Shown one piece after another: positions 38,862-52,660 of a stretch of DNA of 64,000 bases. Below the pieces are notes generated by a model. That model searched no databases and was not told the DNA's origin. It worked only from the letters and a program-made list of their open reading frames with translations. The translations under genes were made by a program, and so were the position numbers. Position 1 is the stretch's first letter; the number at the start of each line of letters is the position of its first letter. Source of the DNA: Octopus vulgaris (Eukaryota); the NCBI GenBank assembly GCA_951406725.2, contig OX597820.1:28148001-28212000 (forward strand), written 5' to 3'.

Positions 38862-39707
38862 TTTTATTATAAAATCAAGAAGTATATGTGCTATATCTAT
38901 ATATAGTAAGAAAAGCTAGCAAGATGTATGAGAGTGTATCAACTTCATAGTAAAAAGAGAATCTGTTCATATGAATAGTAAAGCAATGGCTAATATAACA
39001 TTTAAAAGAAATGCAAATATAGCCTATGCATCCACGTTAAGTTAGGAGGAGCCACCTGTCCTTGTCATTGCAAAGTTAGTTTATTAATCGAAATTCATGA
39101 AAACAATAATAATTCCTACACTTCAGCTAGTGTTCTTGTTAACTTGCTTGAAATTAAAAATCTGAATTCTGCTACTCTGAACATTCAATCATACGTTCTG
39201 AAAGCTAAAACCATGTCATTTCACCTCAAGAAATAATAATTTAAATTATGCTACCTTAAATATTGAATTAAAGTTTAAAAGCAAACAAGACACTTATTAA
39301 AATTTCAGAAGTTTTTACAGTTTTGGGCGTCGTAATGCTTTGGTTCTGATTGTTTTATAATAATTCCTCCTCGTGTAAGGATTTTGCTTTCATTTTGTGA
39401 TAGACAACAATGATGCAAAAATGCCAGCTTCTAAATCCTGTTTTCAGATTAAGTGTAGAGGATTAAACTTTAAACCACAGTAACATTTTTCTGCAAGAAG
39501 TTCTTATGTATGTATATGTATGTGTGTGTGGGTGTGAGTAAATGTGTGTTGTTTGGGTGTTTATTAACGATGGACACCAGAAAAGAGGCCAGTTGGCATC
39601 AGTTTTTGTCGACTTACCCCCTCTCTTCTTAAAGCTACATATTCATCACACTCACCTTTGTTTCTGTTCATAGGCGTTTTAAAAGTTACTGTGTTTGTTT
39701 GTTTGTT

Positions 39708-39766
<59 letters not shown>

Positions 39767-39799
39767 TTAAGAATGTACGTATGCAGCGTCGCGTGTATA

Positions 39800-40982
39800 T
39801 CCTTGAAGTCGATTTCAGGCGTTATTTTCCCATTTTTGACTTTACATTTTTGAAATCTCAAATTGTTTTCTAATTAACCAAATTAAAAATAAATTGTAGT
39901 TCAAAACGTAGCTTAGGAGCTGATCAATCTAAAAATGTATAGACATCATCAAATTTGGTATTAAAAAATCTGAATCAGTGACAAGTCGTAGAAGTAATAG
40001 CAAGTGAATTAATGCTGACCTTTAAGAATATTATTCACACACGGTAGTATGTGAATGATATTTTTTACAATAAAGTGTATTCTATGAATATGAGGTAGAT
40101 TTTTGCAAGATACCTAAATACTGAATTGATCATTCATTTTGCAATATTGGTTCTCAGTTTTGGCATAAGGTCATCAAATCTGGAGAGGAGGGAAGTTGAT
40201 TGCACCAACCGAAGTGCTCAGCTGATACTCATTTTATCTAGTACCGAAAGGATAAAGGATAAAGACGACCACGGTGGAATTTGAACTCAGAATGAAAAGA
40301 CAGACGAAATTTCAACCAGCGTGTTAAGAACTCTGCCAGTTCGTCGTCTTGGTACTGTAATAAGTAATAATATTGCTTGATAATTCTTTTACGTACTTTT
40401 GGCCCACGTAGCATCTATATATAGTAACTCGTTTCATTTTGAATATTTTTTCAAAAGATTAGCACCACGACACACGTCTTGATGAGTTCTATCATAGGAG
40501 CTAAACAATAACAAAATCTTTACACCCAAACAAAATATATAGCTTTTGAATTTGCTTTTAGGCGTTACGTTATTTTCGATACATTTGGTCCCTGTAGTTT
40601 TCATTTATTATTTTTTATATAATTACCATCATGGGATTCCTGTAGTCGAGGTCTATCAGAAAAGAGAAATTTAAATATAGTTTTTTCTTTAATCAAAGTC
40701 GATTTCAGGCGTTAATCTCCATTCTTGTTTTTCACTGGTTTTTTTTACCTCAGTACTTTTTCTACTGAATATTTTTGCATATAAATAACATGGATGGGTT
40801 CGTGTCATCGAATCTATAAAAATAGATTTATTTAAAAAATAAATAAATATTTGTACTCAAAGTCGATTTCAGACCCCATTTTCCCGTTTGTGACTTCACA
40901 TATCTGACTTGAACTTTTTTCTACTGGATCAATTTTCAAATGTTGCTCGAAAGGTAGCTTATGATGTGGCCAATCTAAAAAG

Positions 40983-40985
<3 letters not shown>
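39800..40985 (+). repeat. Three dispersed copies of an unclassified repeat (aagtcgatttcagg/acg...ccatt)
   Basis: The motif recurs at ~39806, ~40696 and ~40860; the first and third continue to related caatctaaaa sequence. Confidence 0.55.
40150..40352 (-). mobile_element. Diverged family A SINE
   Basis: ccgaaaggat...ggaatttgaactcagaa...ctgccagttcgtcgtc. Confidence 0.8.
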
Positions 40986-41014
<29 letters not shown>

Positions 41015-41020
<6 letters not shown>

Positions 41021-41176
41021 GACTTCTTTCATTTTCCGTCTGCCAAATACACTCACAAGGTTGGTCGGCCCGAGGCTATGGTAGAAGACACTTGCCCAAG
41101 GTGCCACGCAGTGGGACTGAACCCAAAACCATGTGGAAGAAAGTAAGCTACTTACCACACAGCCACTCCTGCGCCT
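41015..41176 (-). mobile_element. Family B SINE 5' half
   Basis: cttaccacacagccactcctgcgcc head on the minus strand. Confidence 0.9.
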
Positions 41177-41183
41177 ATATATA

Positions 41184-41672
41184 TATTGGGATCGCCTTAA
41201 AGCCTTGAAACTCTACTCTCTCCAGCGTCGCTGTGAGTGGTACATCATTTGTACGATATGGAGAATATACCGCCAACTTTGGCCAAACGACCTGAACATT
41301 AGCTTCAAGGTTCATCCAAGTCTGGGACCACAGGCCATACGTCCCCTGCCCAATTCAAGATCACAGTATTCTTGTACACTGCAACATAATTTCTTTTCCT
41401 CAAAAGGCCCTGCCCTATTTAACATTGTCCCGAAAGAGATGAAAGAGGAAAAGGATCCCATCAACTTTAAACGGAGTCTGGATAGATTCCTTCAAGGAAT
41501 ACCAGATAAGCCACCCATAATTGGATACAACTCACCCAACAAAAACTCACTTCTTGAATGGAACATTAACAAAACTTGACTTAAACAGGATTCAAATAAT
41601 CATATCAGGCGTTGATATTAAGTTTGACATGGCCTGGTCCAATCATTGGTCGAAACATATCTAAGTTTCTAA

Positions 41673-41676
<4 letters not shown>
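41184..41676 (+). mobile_element. 5'-truncated CR1-group LINE 3' end (family distinct from 21143-26361)
   Basis: YWDRLKALKLYSLQRR...GPALFNIVP...FKRSLDRFL..IPDKP aligns with the ORF2 C-terminus (YWERLRKLKLYSLERR...GPQLFNILP). Different 3'UTR and a (ctaagttt)2 tail. Confidence 0.9.
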
Positions 41677-41738
<62 letters not shown>

Positions 41739-41808
41739 TATATTTTTGTTAATAACTTACAATAGCTTGCTTGTGTAAAAGAAACGTGACGGCAAAATTA
41801 CTAATTAA

Positions 41809-42023
41809 TTGTAGCACCAGCATGCGGAAAATAGTAGTCAGAAAGGCTCAAAACGACAGTTTTCACTTGTACACAATTGCAAAATCGTGTTGTCAGATAT
41901 AGGGTGTTCCAGTACTGGGTTCTTACAATTTTGCTGCTCGTTCCCTCGATTTCGGCAGTGTACAAGTGAAAACTGTGGTTTTGAATCGTTTTGACTGTTA
42001 TTTATAGCATGCTGGTACTACAA
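41809..42023. repeat. Foldback element (~80-bp imperfect arms)
   Basis: ttgtagcaccagcatgc...cagttttcacttgtacac mirrors gtgtacaagtgaaaactg...gcatgctggtactacaa. Confidence 0.85.
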
Positions 42024-42288
42024 GTAGTACCCTTCCTTATTAATATATAAGCGTGTGTGTGCGCGCATGTGTGTTTTGCTATGGGTGTGCATGTGTGCAT
42101 GTGTGGGAGTGTGGCTATGCCTGTGTGGGGCGTTGGGGATGAGTGTTTGTGCATTTATGTGAGTGTGCGTGTACATATCCGTATTCTTATTCATTCATGT
42201 GTAGGAAGATAATCTATTTTTTTCTAATTACTTATTCAATTATCTCTCAATCTATAATAATCTGTCTCTGGTACATATGCGTGTGTAT

Positions 42289-42320
<32 letters not shown>

Positions 42321-42376
42321 ATGATATATATATATATTTATATATATATATACAAATAAATGAAGATATATATGTA

Positions 42377-42465
<89 letters not shown>

Positions 42466-43194
42466 TTATATGTATGTATATGTGTATGATACACACAGAT
42501 GCACATATCTAGCTATACATATGTTATATATATATATGTTTATATAATAGATTAACTTAATCGATATAGTAAGAATCTATATTAATATATTTTGCTAGAT
42601 AGACTGGGAGAGTGTGAAGTAGAAAAAGAAAGAAAATCAAGAAGAACATAGAAATATTAACGTAAAATTTTTCCACTAGACAAAAGTTTGATTAAGGAAC
42701 ACTAATTAAGCATATACCGCTACGTATTAAGGCTGCCAGTCAAGTTGTTTAATCAATTTCCCTTTTCCTCCACAAGCAGTTAATTATCTCATTGTTTATC
42801 TACATGATTTTCTTTCGTAATATTATTAATAATATTATTAGTATGTCTTATATAAAGACGAATCTTATATGATCTCCAAGAAATATAAAGCGATGCCACT
42901 GGACAATTTCCAAAATAATCGGAAAAGATAATTGCGTATTCACTGGTGGAGTTTCCAGTGTTCAAAATTAGGTAGGTAGGTAACTGCTTTATTACATTTT
43001 AAGAATATATTTCCTAAAAGATTTCAGTATCTGTTACCTTTCCCATCGCATTGCATATATAGTATATTTGTCACATGTAATCATCATTGATAGACACTTA
43101 TATTCACGTGTTGTCAATTCATATATAATTCTCCTTGTTATGCATGTACATATATATGAAGGTATACATATGTATACATATATATATATATATA

Positions 43195-44345
43195 CTAGCA
43201 TTAAAGACCCGTCGTTGCCGGATCATAGTGCTAGTGCATGTATATATGTGTATATATATGTGTACATATTACATGTACATCTATATATATACATCTACAC
43301 ATAAAATACAAAATACAAAGTTATATCTTGATATCGCTAGTGATAACAATACTCAAAATATATAACAGACTGGAATTGTTAGCCCGTCTCTTGTAATTTC
43401 GATCAATTGTATCTTGTCCTCCCTCTTGTATAGAAGTGTGGCTACAATCCAACCTACCTCTACTTCTAGGGGAGGGGGCATTTAAAATTTTTTTCGGCAC
43501 GTCCTACGTCTCAGATATAAAGGTAAAAATAAAATATTTCCACTTTGCAAGTTCGAGTCGAGTACTCCCTTGCACGCTCCGTTGACTCGAACCTTGCTTC
43601 TATTGTGGCGAATTTACCGTCTCTGATTAGAAACCTTTCATAGTCGCACCAAGACACTTTTCGAAGGTGCTTTCCTCCATTTTCTTTTTCTCTACATTGT
43701 ATACTTTATAGACAATAGTCTTTTCTTTAATTTAATTTTTTATTATCCATCTGGACTATTCCATTTCTGCACGCTAATTTCATTTTTAATTTATTCCCAT
43801 TCATGTGAAACCATTATTCAAGTTCAAATCATTGATGCAATTTTATACCAATTGCTATTTTTACTTTTATCATGTTACTTTAGTTTGATTTTAATTATTA
43901 CTTACTACATATAATTCAATTGTTATTATTATTTTTATTATTAAAGTGAAAGTATCTGACATAAAATAAAGAAACGTTTATGTTTCACTTTTAACACGTA
44001 ATGCTGAAATAGTGGAGAAGATATGATATTGCTCTAGGCAAGAAGTTGAACATTTTTTTGCCCATGAAACTACGTGGACCCTAAGTAAGGCATGTGTAAA
44101 ATTTGAATGGAATTGGTTGTGTAGTTCTCAAGTTTTAGGGAATCGTATTGGGGAAGATATGATATTGCTGTGGGCTCGCCCTAGGCAAAAAGTTCAAAAT
44201 TGTTTTTGCCGATGACACTCCCCGGACCCTAAGTAAGGCATGTGTAAAATTTTAATGAAATTGGTTGTGTAGTTCTCAAGTTTTAGGGAAACACACAGAC
44301 AGACAGACAGTCAGACACACATTCTCAGTTTTATATATATAAAGA
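43195..44345 (-). mobile_element. Non-autonomous Helitron-like element with an internal tandem duplication
   Basis: Minus strand starts A|TCtttatatatataaaac...(tctg)n and ends with hairpin gatccg-gcaacga-cgggtc then CTAG|T. Internal ~130-bp duplication at ~44015-44290. Continuity of the middle part is inferred. Confidence 0.6.
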
Positions 44346-44393
44346 TATATATAGATAGATATGGATATAGATATAGATATAGATATATGTATG

Positions 44394-44426
<33 letters not shown>

Positions 44427-45014
44427 GCGTATCTGTATGTGTGTTCGTGTGTGTATGAATATGTGTATGAAGAACAAAGCAGCAGTACAATGAAATGAGA
44501 TACCAATCCCATTAAAACTGCAACCACTTTAACAGTACCAGAATCACCATCCCATTATATATATACACTCAAAGTAGTCTGCCAAAGGTCCTTCAGAAAC
44601 AAAACATTCTAGGATGTTCGTCAAGCCGAGGATTTTGAACATACGGAGACAATATTTACATATCGCCTGACGTAACACAACCAGATCTCATAATGCAGGG
44701 AAAAAGTTACATAATCAAGGACCTGCACGCCTGGAGAACTACGTTGCGTCGGAACAATTGTAGTGATTAAAAAATAAATGTCCAACATTACCACTTTTTG
44801 TAGAATCCAACTTTTTCAATTACCTATTCAAACACGGCAAATGTTCAAACGCAAACCCAGACGTACTTATAACGCTATTATTGGATAGCACACGCTAAAT
44901 CTTAATGTGGAAGAAGCCTATACTGTACTCTACTACGTTCTTTATTTTAAACCATTATAAGTGTTTCAGATTTAGGTGCATTTCAACAAAAAAATTTCCG
45001 ATATATATAGATAC

Positions 45015-45085
<71 letters not shown>

Positions 45086-45096
45086 TGTGTATGTAT

Positions 45097-45147
<51 letters not shown>

Positions 45148-45151
45148 TATT

Positions 45152-45185
<34 letters not shown>

Positions 45186-45199
45186 TATATATACTCCCA

Positions 45200-45545
45200 T
45201 CCCCACATCTCACACCTATACATACACACACGCACACGCCAAGACAAGACCACGAGTCCTCTTTCACACGCGCACCTTCATTTTGGGATCATTATTACTT
45301 TATTTTCTCCCCTACTTCTTCGCCTTCCTGTGTGACCCTCTGTACGTCAGTCGCCATGATATACCGGTAGCCACTACACACATTTTTTTCTCTCCTTGTT
45401 TTTTTCTGTGTTCCTTTCTGTGGAAGAGCATAGGCTCGAAACGTAAAAGACTTTTTCACTTACTGAGCCTTTATACTGATACATCTGTTTGTTGTCTACA
45501 CCACCTGTCTTCGTCTTGCGTGTTTTTCGCGAATTCTCCCTACAT
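45200..45545 (+). mobile_element. Penelope-like terminal fragment in (TA)n with a degenerate hammerhead motif
   Basis: tggaagagcataggctcgaaacgtaaaagac at 45421-45451; homologous to 16130-16250. Confidence 0.55.
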
Positions 45546-45649
45546 ATATATATATATAATTAAGGTTTGGTAGAAACACTCTAGAATACTGTGCAAATCT
45601 TGTTTATAGTTTGTGTGACAGTTATTGTCATCATACATATGAAATGACC

Positions 45650-45862
45650 CGTTGGTGAGCTGGCAGAATAATTAGCACACCGGGTAAAGTGCCTAGCAAC
45701 ATTTTTCCAGCTCTGTACGTTCTGGGCTCAAGTTCCGTCAAAGGTGAACTTGACATTCATCCTTTCGAGATCGATAAAATAAATAGGAGACCATTAGCGT
45801 CGATGTAATCGACTTACACCCTTCCCTCAAATTACTTGTGCCAACATTTGAAACCGATATTA
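45650..45862 (+). mobile_element. Diverged family A SINE
   Basis: ggtgagctggcagaa..attagcac...cattcatcctttcgagatcgataaaa. Confidence 0.8.
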
Positions 45863-46808
45863 TGTTTCCATACTAAGTTCAGTATGTGGCAAAGTAATTT
45901 ATTTTACTAAGCCCTAATTATATAATGTAATATTTTGAATTCGCCTTAAATGGTCCTGGCTTCTTCATATCCCTGAAAATCTAATGGCGACAGAGACCGA
46001 GAGAATAATTATATTAGGCTTAAAGTTAAGTACTGGGGTTGATTTGTTCGAATAAATCTTTCAAGTGGAGTCCCAGCATGACTACAGTCCAAAGACTGAA
46101 ACAAACAGAAGAAAATAACTAAAAGTATGACAAGCTTTCACCACATAGCTTCTGTCTAGGAAATTCATTCTCGTAGATTTGGTTGACTTGGAGATATAGT
46201 AACAGACACTCACCCGACATGCAAGGCAGGTGACTAAATTTGGAACAACATGGCTGCAAGTGGTTCATCTTTAAGCATACATCCATGCAGCGCGGTTAAG
46301 TCGAGTTTATTTTAAAAATTGGAAACTTGGATATATATATATAGAATATTAGGAATAAATCCAAATTACAGGAAAAATTAGATTTAGATTAAATCCAATT
46401 TTATATATTATATTATATTAAATTAGAGATAAAACCACTATTGACGTACTCAAACAGTGATCTACGTACTAGTGATATTTTTAAAAATTAAAACCTTCGT
46501 GAGCTTATTTAAATAAAACATTATCTGTGAAATATATATATACAAATATTATATATATATATATATATGTATGTAAGATAAATATTATTTTATTTATTAA
46601 TTTATTTATTAATTAATTTTTGAAAATATAAATAAATAAATAATGTGGCAAAATAATATATAAATATAAAAATATACATACTATATATAATATATATATA
46701 TGTAATATATATTTAAAATTTATGAGTTTAAATTATTCCTAATTTTTAATTTTGAACTTTTATATTTTTAAATTATTTATTAATTAATTAATTTTACCCT
46801 CATTTATA

Positions 46809-46866
<58 letters not shown>

Positions 46867-46867
46867 T

Positions 46868-47160
46868 AAGAATTTTTTGCGTAATGAGATAAAAAATAAC
46901 TATTGTGTAATACTTAATTTAGAAAGGATACAAAATAGAGAGTGAGCTGGAGGAAAGAAAATAGATGTGAGATATGTAGGGATATTGAAGTTGTAGATCC
47001 TATCTAAATTAACTATGACTTAACCATCCTCTCACACCGTCTCCGATGATGGGATATAATTAATAAATATCCTGGATGCAGCTGTAACACCTTCTATCTG
47101 TAAATGTTCTAATATCTACACAGCATTGGTTTTTTTTATCTCATTACGCAAAATATTCTT
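46868..47160 (+). mobile_element. Foldback Penelope-like terminus with a hammerhead-like remnant
   Basis: Inverted arms 46868-46896 and 47131-47160. Internal ccgatga-tgggatat...atatcc-tggatg-cagctg-ta at 47043-47086. Confidence 0.6.
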
Positions 47161-47309
47161 ATATACACTCGCTGACATATGACCAACATTGAACCCCTTA
47201 TTCGCAAAATTACGGAGCTTGGAACTATGGTCTGTCTATAGCACTTATTCAGCATTACTTGACACCTTTGGGTCTCAATGAAACCATTACTTCTTATAAC
47301 ATATATATA

Positions 47310-47341
<32 letters not shown>

Positions 47342-48127
47342 AGTAACAATATAGGTACAGGTGTTAATGCGTTACGCCCGTTCTAACGACTCCTTTAATT
47401 GGTTAATGAAAACATTACATCATTGTAAAGGAACTATTTTCGTTAGATGAATTGACGAACTTCAAATTAATGAACATTCGAAATGATTTGACATAGTTTA
47501 AAATCCACGGACCGAAGCATTTACAGTGATTCTCTTACTATTTCAGTGGACAGAATGAATTTACCAGAATAGTGTATATTTGATCAGAACAGAGAGATTA
47601 AGTGATTAGTAGAATTTTTAGGAGGGGAAAGGAATTATTGATCCACTTATCTCGATTGCTAACAAGAGAAGTGGGTGCGGCTCCATAATTCTTGTGTTTA
47701 TCTATTAAGGAGTTCTTCAATGTCGACTGGTAAGTCACACACACGTACAAACACGCATATATATATATACACCAGAGGGCGCTGAAAACTCCCTGGCTAA
47801 AAGAATATACAGGCAGATCAGTTAATTATGATTCTATACAACATGTTCCTCTTTCAAATTCAAACATTTATTGCAGTAGTCCTTCAGTTATTCTAAGCTC
47901 TGTTAAAGACCTCGGCCGCTTGGGTCTCTAATCAGACCTTTCGATTATGGAGAGAGAGAGGGGGGGGAATAGATAGGTAGATAAGTAGATAGATAGACAG
48001 ATAAAGATAGATAGATATAAATAGATAGGTAGATAAGTAGTCAGATAGATAAATATATGTATATATATATATATATATATAGATAGATAGATAGATAGAT
48101 AGATAGGTAGGTAGGTAGGTAGGTAGG

Positions 48128-48198
<71 letters not shown>

Positions 48199-49074
48199 GT
48201 CAACATAATGGTAATTTCATTTGAAAAAAAACTAAAGACAATGAATTGGTAACAAAATAATTTTCTGTTAATTATACGAATTATCTGAGTTCAAATCGAA
48301 AATTTATAATTACAAAACTTTAACCATAGATATTCAAATTAGTATTTTGGTGAAATTAGTGAAAGACAAATCAGAAACGTAATATGTGTTATTAGCCAGT
48401 TGAATTATTTAATCAATTGACACCATGCGAACGTCAGAAACTAACAATGATTAAACGTCTAGACACGCCCAAATATTTAGTGTATCTTGCATTCACAAAA
48501 AATATATTGTTTATTTTATTTTTTATTTTACTTGTTTTTGGCATAGACTCTGGCCACCGCTATGTGGCGATGGAGCTCTCTTAGCGATGCCATAATTTCT
48601 AGCTCAGTCCTTACATTGCTGTAAATGTCGTTCGAGTGTGAAAATTCATAATTTTGTTTCTGGGATCCATGGTAAAACAAAACTGGTTTACTGCTCATCT
48701 AAGTTGGCAATAAGTATAAACGGAAATTGATATTTCAGATTTAATTCTATCCATAGCAGCTACCCATCTGTTATCCATGAGGCAGTGACAAAATTAGTTG
48801 AAGGAAAACACTGATATCGCATGCTGAAGGGGTATCACTGCACTCGAGAATGACTAGCAGCTATAGTTCATCAACGTTTATCATCGCACTTATTCAACGT
48901 AGCTGTTTCTGGTGAAAGTGCTTCTATTGAAAATGGGTATTTAGTTGATCGGTTTTGGCAATTTTCTCGACCAACTAAAACACACCTTATCATTGCATTA
49001 TATTAGATGATGTCTTTGCGCAGGTGGAGGGTAAAACTTCTCTGTCTTTCCTAGAGTTACTCATTATAGGCGTA

Positions 49075-49360
49075 TGAATGGCTGTGATTATAAGCGTAAG
49101 AGTGGCTATGCGGTAAGTAGCTTGCTTACCAACCTCATGGTTCCGGGTTCAGTCCCACTGCGTGGCATCTTGGGCATGTGTATTCTACTATAGCCTCGGG
49201 CCGACTAAAGCTTTGTGAGTGGATGTGAGTGGACCGATAGAATAAGTACTAGGTTTACAAAGAATACGTCCTGGGGTCGAGTTGCTCAACTAAAGGTGGT
49301 GCTCCAGCATGGCCACAGTCAAATAACTGAAACAAGTAAAAGAATAAAAGAGTAAAAGAG
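49075..49360 (+). mobile_element. Family B SINE, internally deleted, with complete 3' tail
   Basis: Head gagtggctatgcggtaag; 3' ggtggtgctccagcatggccacagtcaaataactgaaac followed by (agtaaaag)n. Confidence 0.9.
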
Positions 49361-49899
49361 ATTATGATTGAATATATATTGACCAATATTGTTTACATTT
49401 TTATGGATTTGAGTCCATAACCTAGTAAATCTGGCACAAATACAACTAGTAAGGCATCAAGACTTTTCATAATCTCAAATCTAATTGCAAAGCGTACAAC
49501 AGCTTAATGATTTTCCTCTCTCCGGTTCTGAAATGCAGGGATTCAATTGATACATGAGCATCTATTCATCAAATGATCGCGCACGCGTTGTTCATTTGTT
49601 GGAAAGGGTTCAAAATCGTGTAATTATATTTTCCAAGTTGTGTAAATGTTTTCCGGTTAGCAGTGGTGTTACAAAATCTGAAATTGTTCATCACCCTTAT
49701 TTACAATATGGTAACTAACCAAACAAGATGACATATATTTTTGGTGCTTTAACAGTACGCTTTCATCAGATATAGGATTTGAACCTGAAATCTTTGGCAA
49801 CGTAATACACATTTGGAATATTTATATCAATGACACCGGATAGATCATAAAATGTCACGTCACGTAAGAAACATTGTTGTCCTGATGTAGTTAACTGGA

Positions 49900-50030
49900 A
49901 AATATTATGTGAACGGGAAAGATAGCAACTGCACAAGGATGAAAATTAACACGCTGGACACGTTTCAGATGAGGTGTTTGCACTGAATATACAATATTTC
50001 ATTGGATAACAAGATAGTGAATAAGGGGGC
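49900..50030 (+). mobile_element. RTE-clade LINE C-terminal fragment
   Basis: Translates to INTLDTFQMRCLH*IYNISLDNKIVN, matching the RTE L..F.MRCLR.IL.I.W.DK..N motif. Confidence 0.6.
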
Positions 50031-50119
50031 AGAGATTCTAGCGTCACATGCGCCCAAATATGCCATGTAATCCGCTTCATTTACATTGAGTATACTATTA
50101 CAATATTCAAAACATGTGT

Positions 50120-50430
50120 TCAGCCGCCAGATATCCTGTTGTAATGAAACTCCAACACTAGAACTGACACTCCATCGGTTACGACGCCAAAGTTTTCAAC
50201 TGATTCGATCAATGGAACAGCCTGCTTGTAAAATCAATGTGCAAGTATGTGAGCACAGCGCAGTCACGCATACCGTTAACGTAGTTCTCAAGGAGATTCA
50301 GCATGACACAGAGCTTGACACAGCTGGCCCGTTGAAATAGAGATACTACTCATTGACACCTGAGTGGACTGGAGTAATCTGAAACAAAGTATATTACTCA
50401 CGAGCACAACTGAGCACCGCTGAGTATCCA
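50120..50430 (-). mobile_element. SINE-like repeat, family D
   Basis: ggaacagcctgct.gt.aaat.aa...gagcac...aacgtagttct...ggagattcagc is shared with 55545-55725 (-) and 62000-62300 (+). Confidence 0.75.
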
Positions 50431-50924
50431 ATTTACGACAAAGACAGGAACAACTGCAACACTACAGGGACAGGGAATGCCTAAAGCTTGTGGAATTTGA
50501 TCTAAATTTTGAGAGCGCTTACCAGTGAATCAGGAAGTTTAGTGTATGAGTGTTAATATGAGGAAAGGAATATTGGGGACAACAGATCATAAAGATGAGC
50601 CATGTTTTTAATAACTTTAGAAGATAAATATATCTACCAAATGTCATTTTTCTCGTTGTTTGAAACTGGGCCTTGCTATACAGTTCATAGCTACAATAAG
50701 TGTGTGAATCCGAGAGGAGAATACGTTGAAAAAATTCATAATTACCTGATCCTCCTGTATTTTCTGTTACCCAAACCCAAGAGCTTTTCAGCACGCCCTC
50801 GTATACACACACATACATAGATACATACATACATACATACATACATACATACATACATACATACATACATACATACATACATACAGTCACATACACACAC
50901 ACACACACATACACACACATATAT

Positions 50925-52660
50925 ATATATGCGATGGGTAAATTGTCGCCATATTATATTTTTAATTCCAGGCATGTGCATTGTTTCTTTTAGATTTTGT
51001 CGACTGAACAGTATAGTAAGGTCAGTTGGACATCCTCTGTGTGAAAAACATTACCGTGACGTAATTCCCTTTGCCAGAGATTTAGAGACGACATACTGTA
51101 CTGCTTGGCACTTGCTTCGTACGCGTCAATACGAACATTTTAGTAAGTTTAGATGTTAATCTGAGGACAGTGCAGAAGATACGGAAAGAGGTGGACGAGT
51201 CTGATGGTGATTACGAAGGTACGGTAGCTCGGAAAATTCACTATACTCTTTTACTCTTTACTCTTTTACTTGTTTCAGTCATTTGACTGCGGCCATGCTG
51301 GAGCACCACCTTTAGTCGAGCAAATCGACCCCGGGACTTATTCTTTGTAAGCCCAGTACTTATTCTATCGGTCTCTTTTGCCGAACTGCTAAGTGACGGG
51401 GACATAAACACACCAGCATCGGTGGTCAAGCAATGCTAGGGGGGCAAACACAAACACACACACACACATACATATATATATACATATATACGACAGGCTT
51501 CTTTCAGTTTCCGTCTACCAAATCCACTCACAAGGCATTGGTCGGCCCGGGGCTATAGCAGAAGACACTTGCCCAAGATGCCACGCAGTGGGACTGAACC
51601 CGGAACCATGTGGTTGGTTAGCAAGCTACTTACCACACAGCCACTCCTGCGCCTATAGCCACTCCTGCGCCTATGATCATTCTAATAAGGAAAGAACTCC
51701 AAAATTTGTTGGTGAGATCCAGGTCATGATTGACAATGATCCCTCCAAGTCAATCAGGTCCATCGCCAGGGACATAGGATTGTCTGAGTTTCTTATCAGG
51801 AAGGTAGTGCGTGAAGACATTCGGTATTCCTCTTACAAGATGAGAGAAGGCTAATTTTTAACCCAAGCTATCAAGGACAAGAGGAAAAACCGCACTACGA
51901 AGATTTTTAATGAACTCAATCATCCCCTCTAGCCGAATATGCTTTGGTTTTTCTCACACGAGAAATAATTGTGCCAGAATCAGACGGTGAACACACTGAA
52001 CAACCGTTGGCTTGCCGTATCAGCAAAACGTGTACCGATAGTGATACAAATCGAACGTCCAGTTAACATCATGATGTTTGAAGTGATCATTAGTGATAGC
52101 GACGTTATGCCTCCATTTATCTTCCCATATGGCCTCAGACGCAACACGGAGGTCAACATCGAGTGCCTGCAGTGGGTAGTGTTGCCCTGCGTGAAGAGGG
52201 TGGCTGTTGCAAGATCTTATGTTTGTTAACAGTATTCTGCATCATGCCACACAAGCTGGAGAACACAGTCATAACTGTAAGACAATTTCTGCGACCACAT
52301 GACCCCTAACATCTGGTCACCTAACTGCTCAGACTGCAACCCCCTTGATTATTATGTGTTGGGCGCAGTTGAGTGAGAGACACACAAAATTCTTTGTAAC
52401 GTCAAAGATGAACTGTTGAAGGCAAATATTATGGCAACATTCACCAAATTAAAAAAAGAAACCGTGCAGAAGAGTTGCAGGAAATTCCGAAGTTGTCTGG
52501 TGTTCGTGGTTGAATCCAATGACGATACAGAATAAATTTACTATTTAGTATTTGAAAATATTTTTATGTTAGTTGGGTAAATATATCTGTTAAAATGAGA
52601 TATCAATGTTATTTTCATTTTTGCGTAATTTAGACGACAATTTATTAACCGCAGCTTGTT
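50925..52660 (+). mobile_element. Near-full-length degraded Tc1/mariner (maT/DD37D-like) element interrupted by a SINE
   Basis: Ends tgcgatgggtaaattgtcgcc and gacgacaatttattaaccgca are imperfect TIRs. HTH-like DPSKSIRSIARDIGLSEFLIRKVV; DVMPPFIFPYGL; WSPNCSDCNPLDYYV. Stops and frameshifts present. Confidence 0.85.
51245..51675 (-). mobile_element. Complete, young family B SINE nested in the mariner
   Basis: Full head (with an 18-bp duplication agccactcctgcgcctat), body and (ctctttta)3 tail. The mariner sequence resumes on both sides. Confidence 0.92.

Noticed and set aside
47765-47930. gagggcgctgaaaa..cctgg mariner-like TIR fragment (related inverted piece at ~50660-50803)
   Set aside because: The two pieces look like the same end of separate fragments; I cannot show that they bound a single element.
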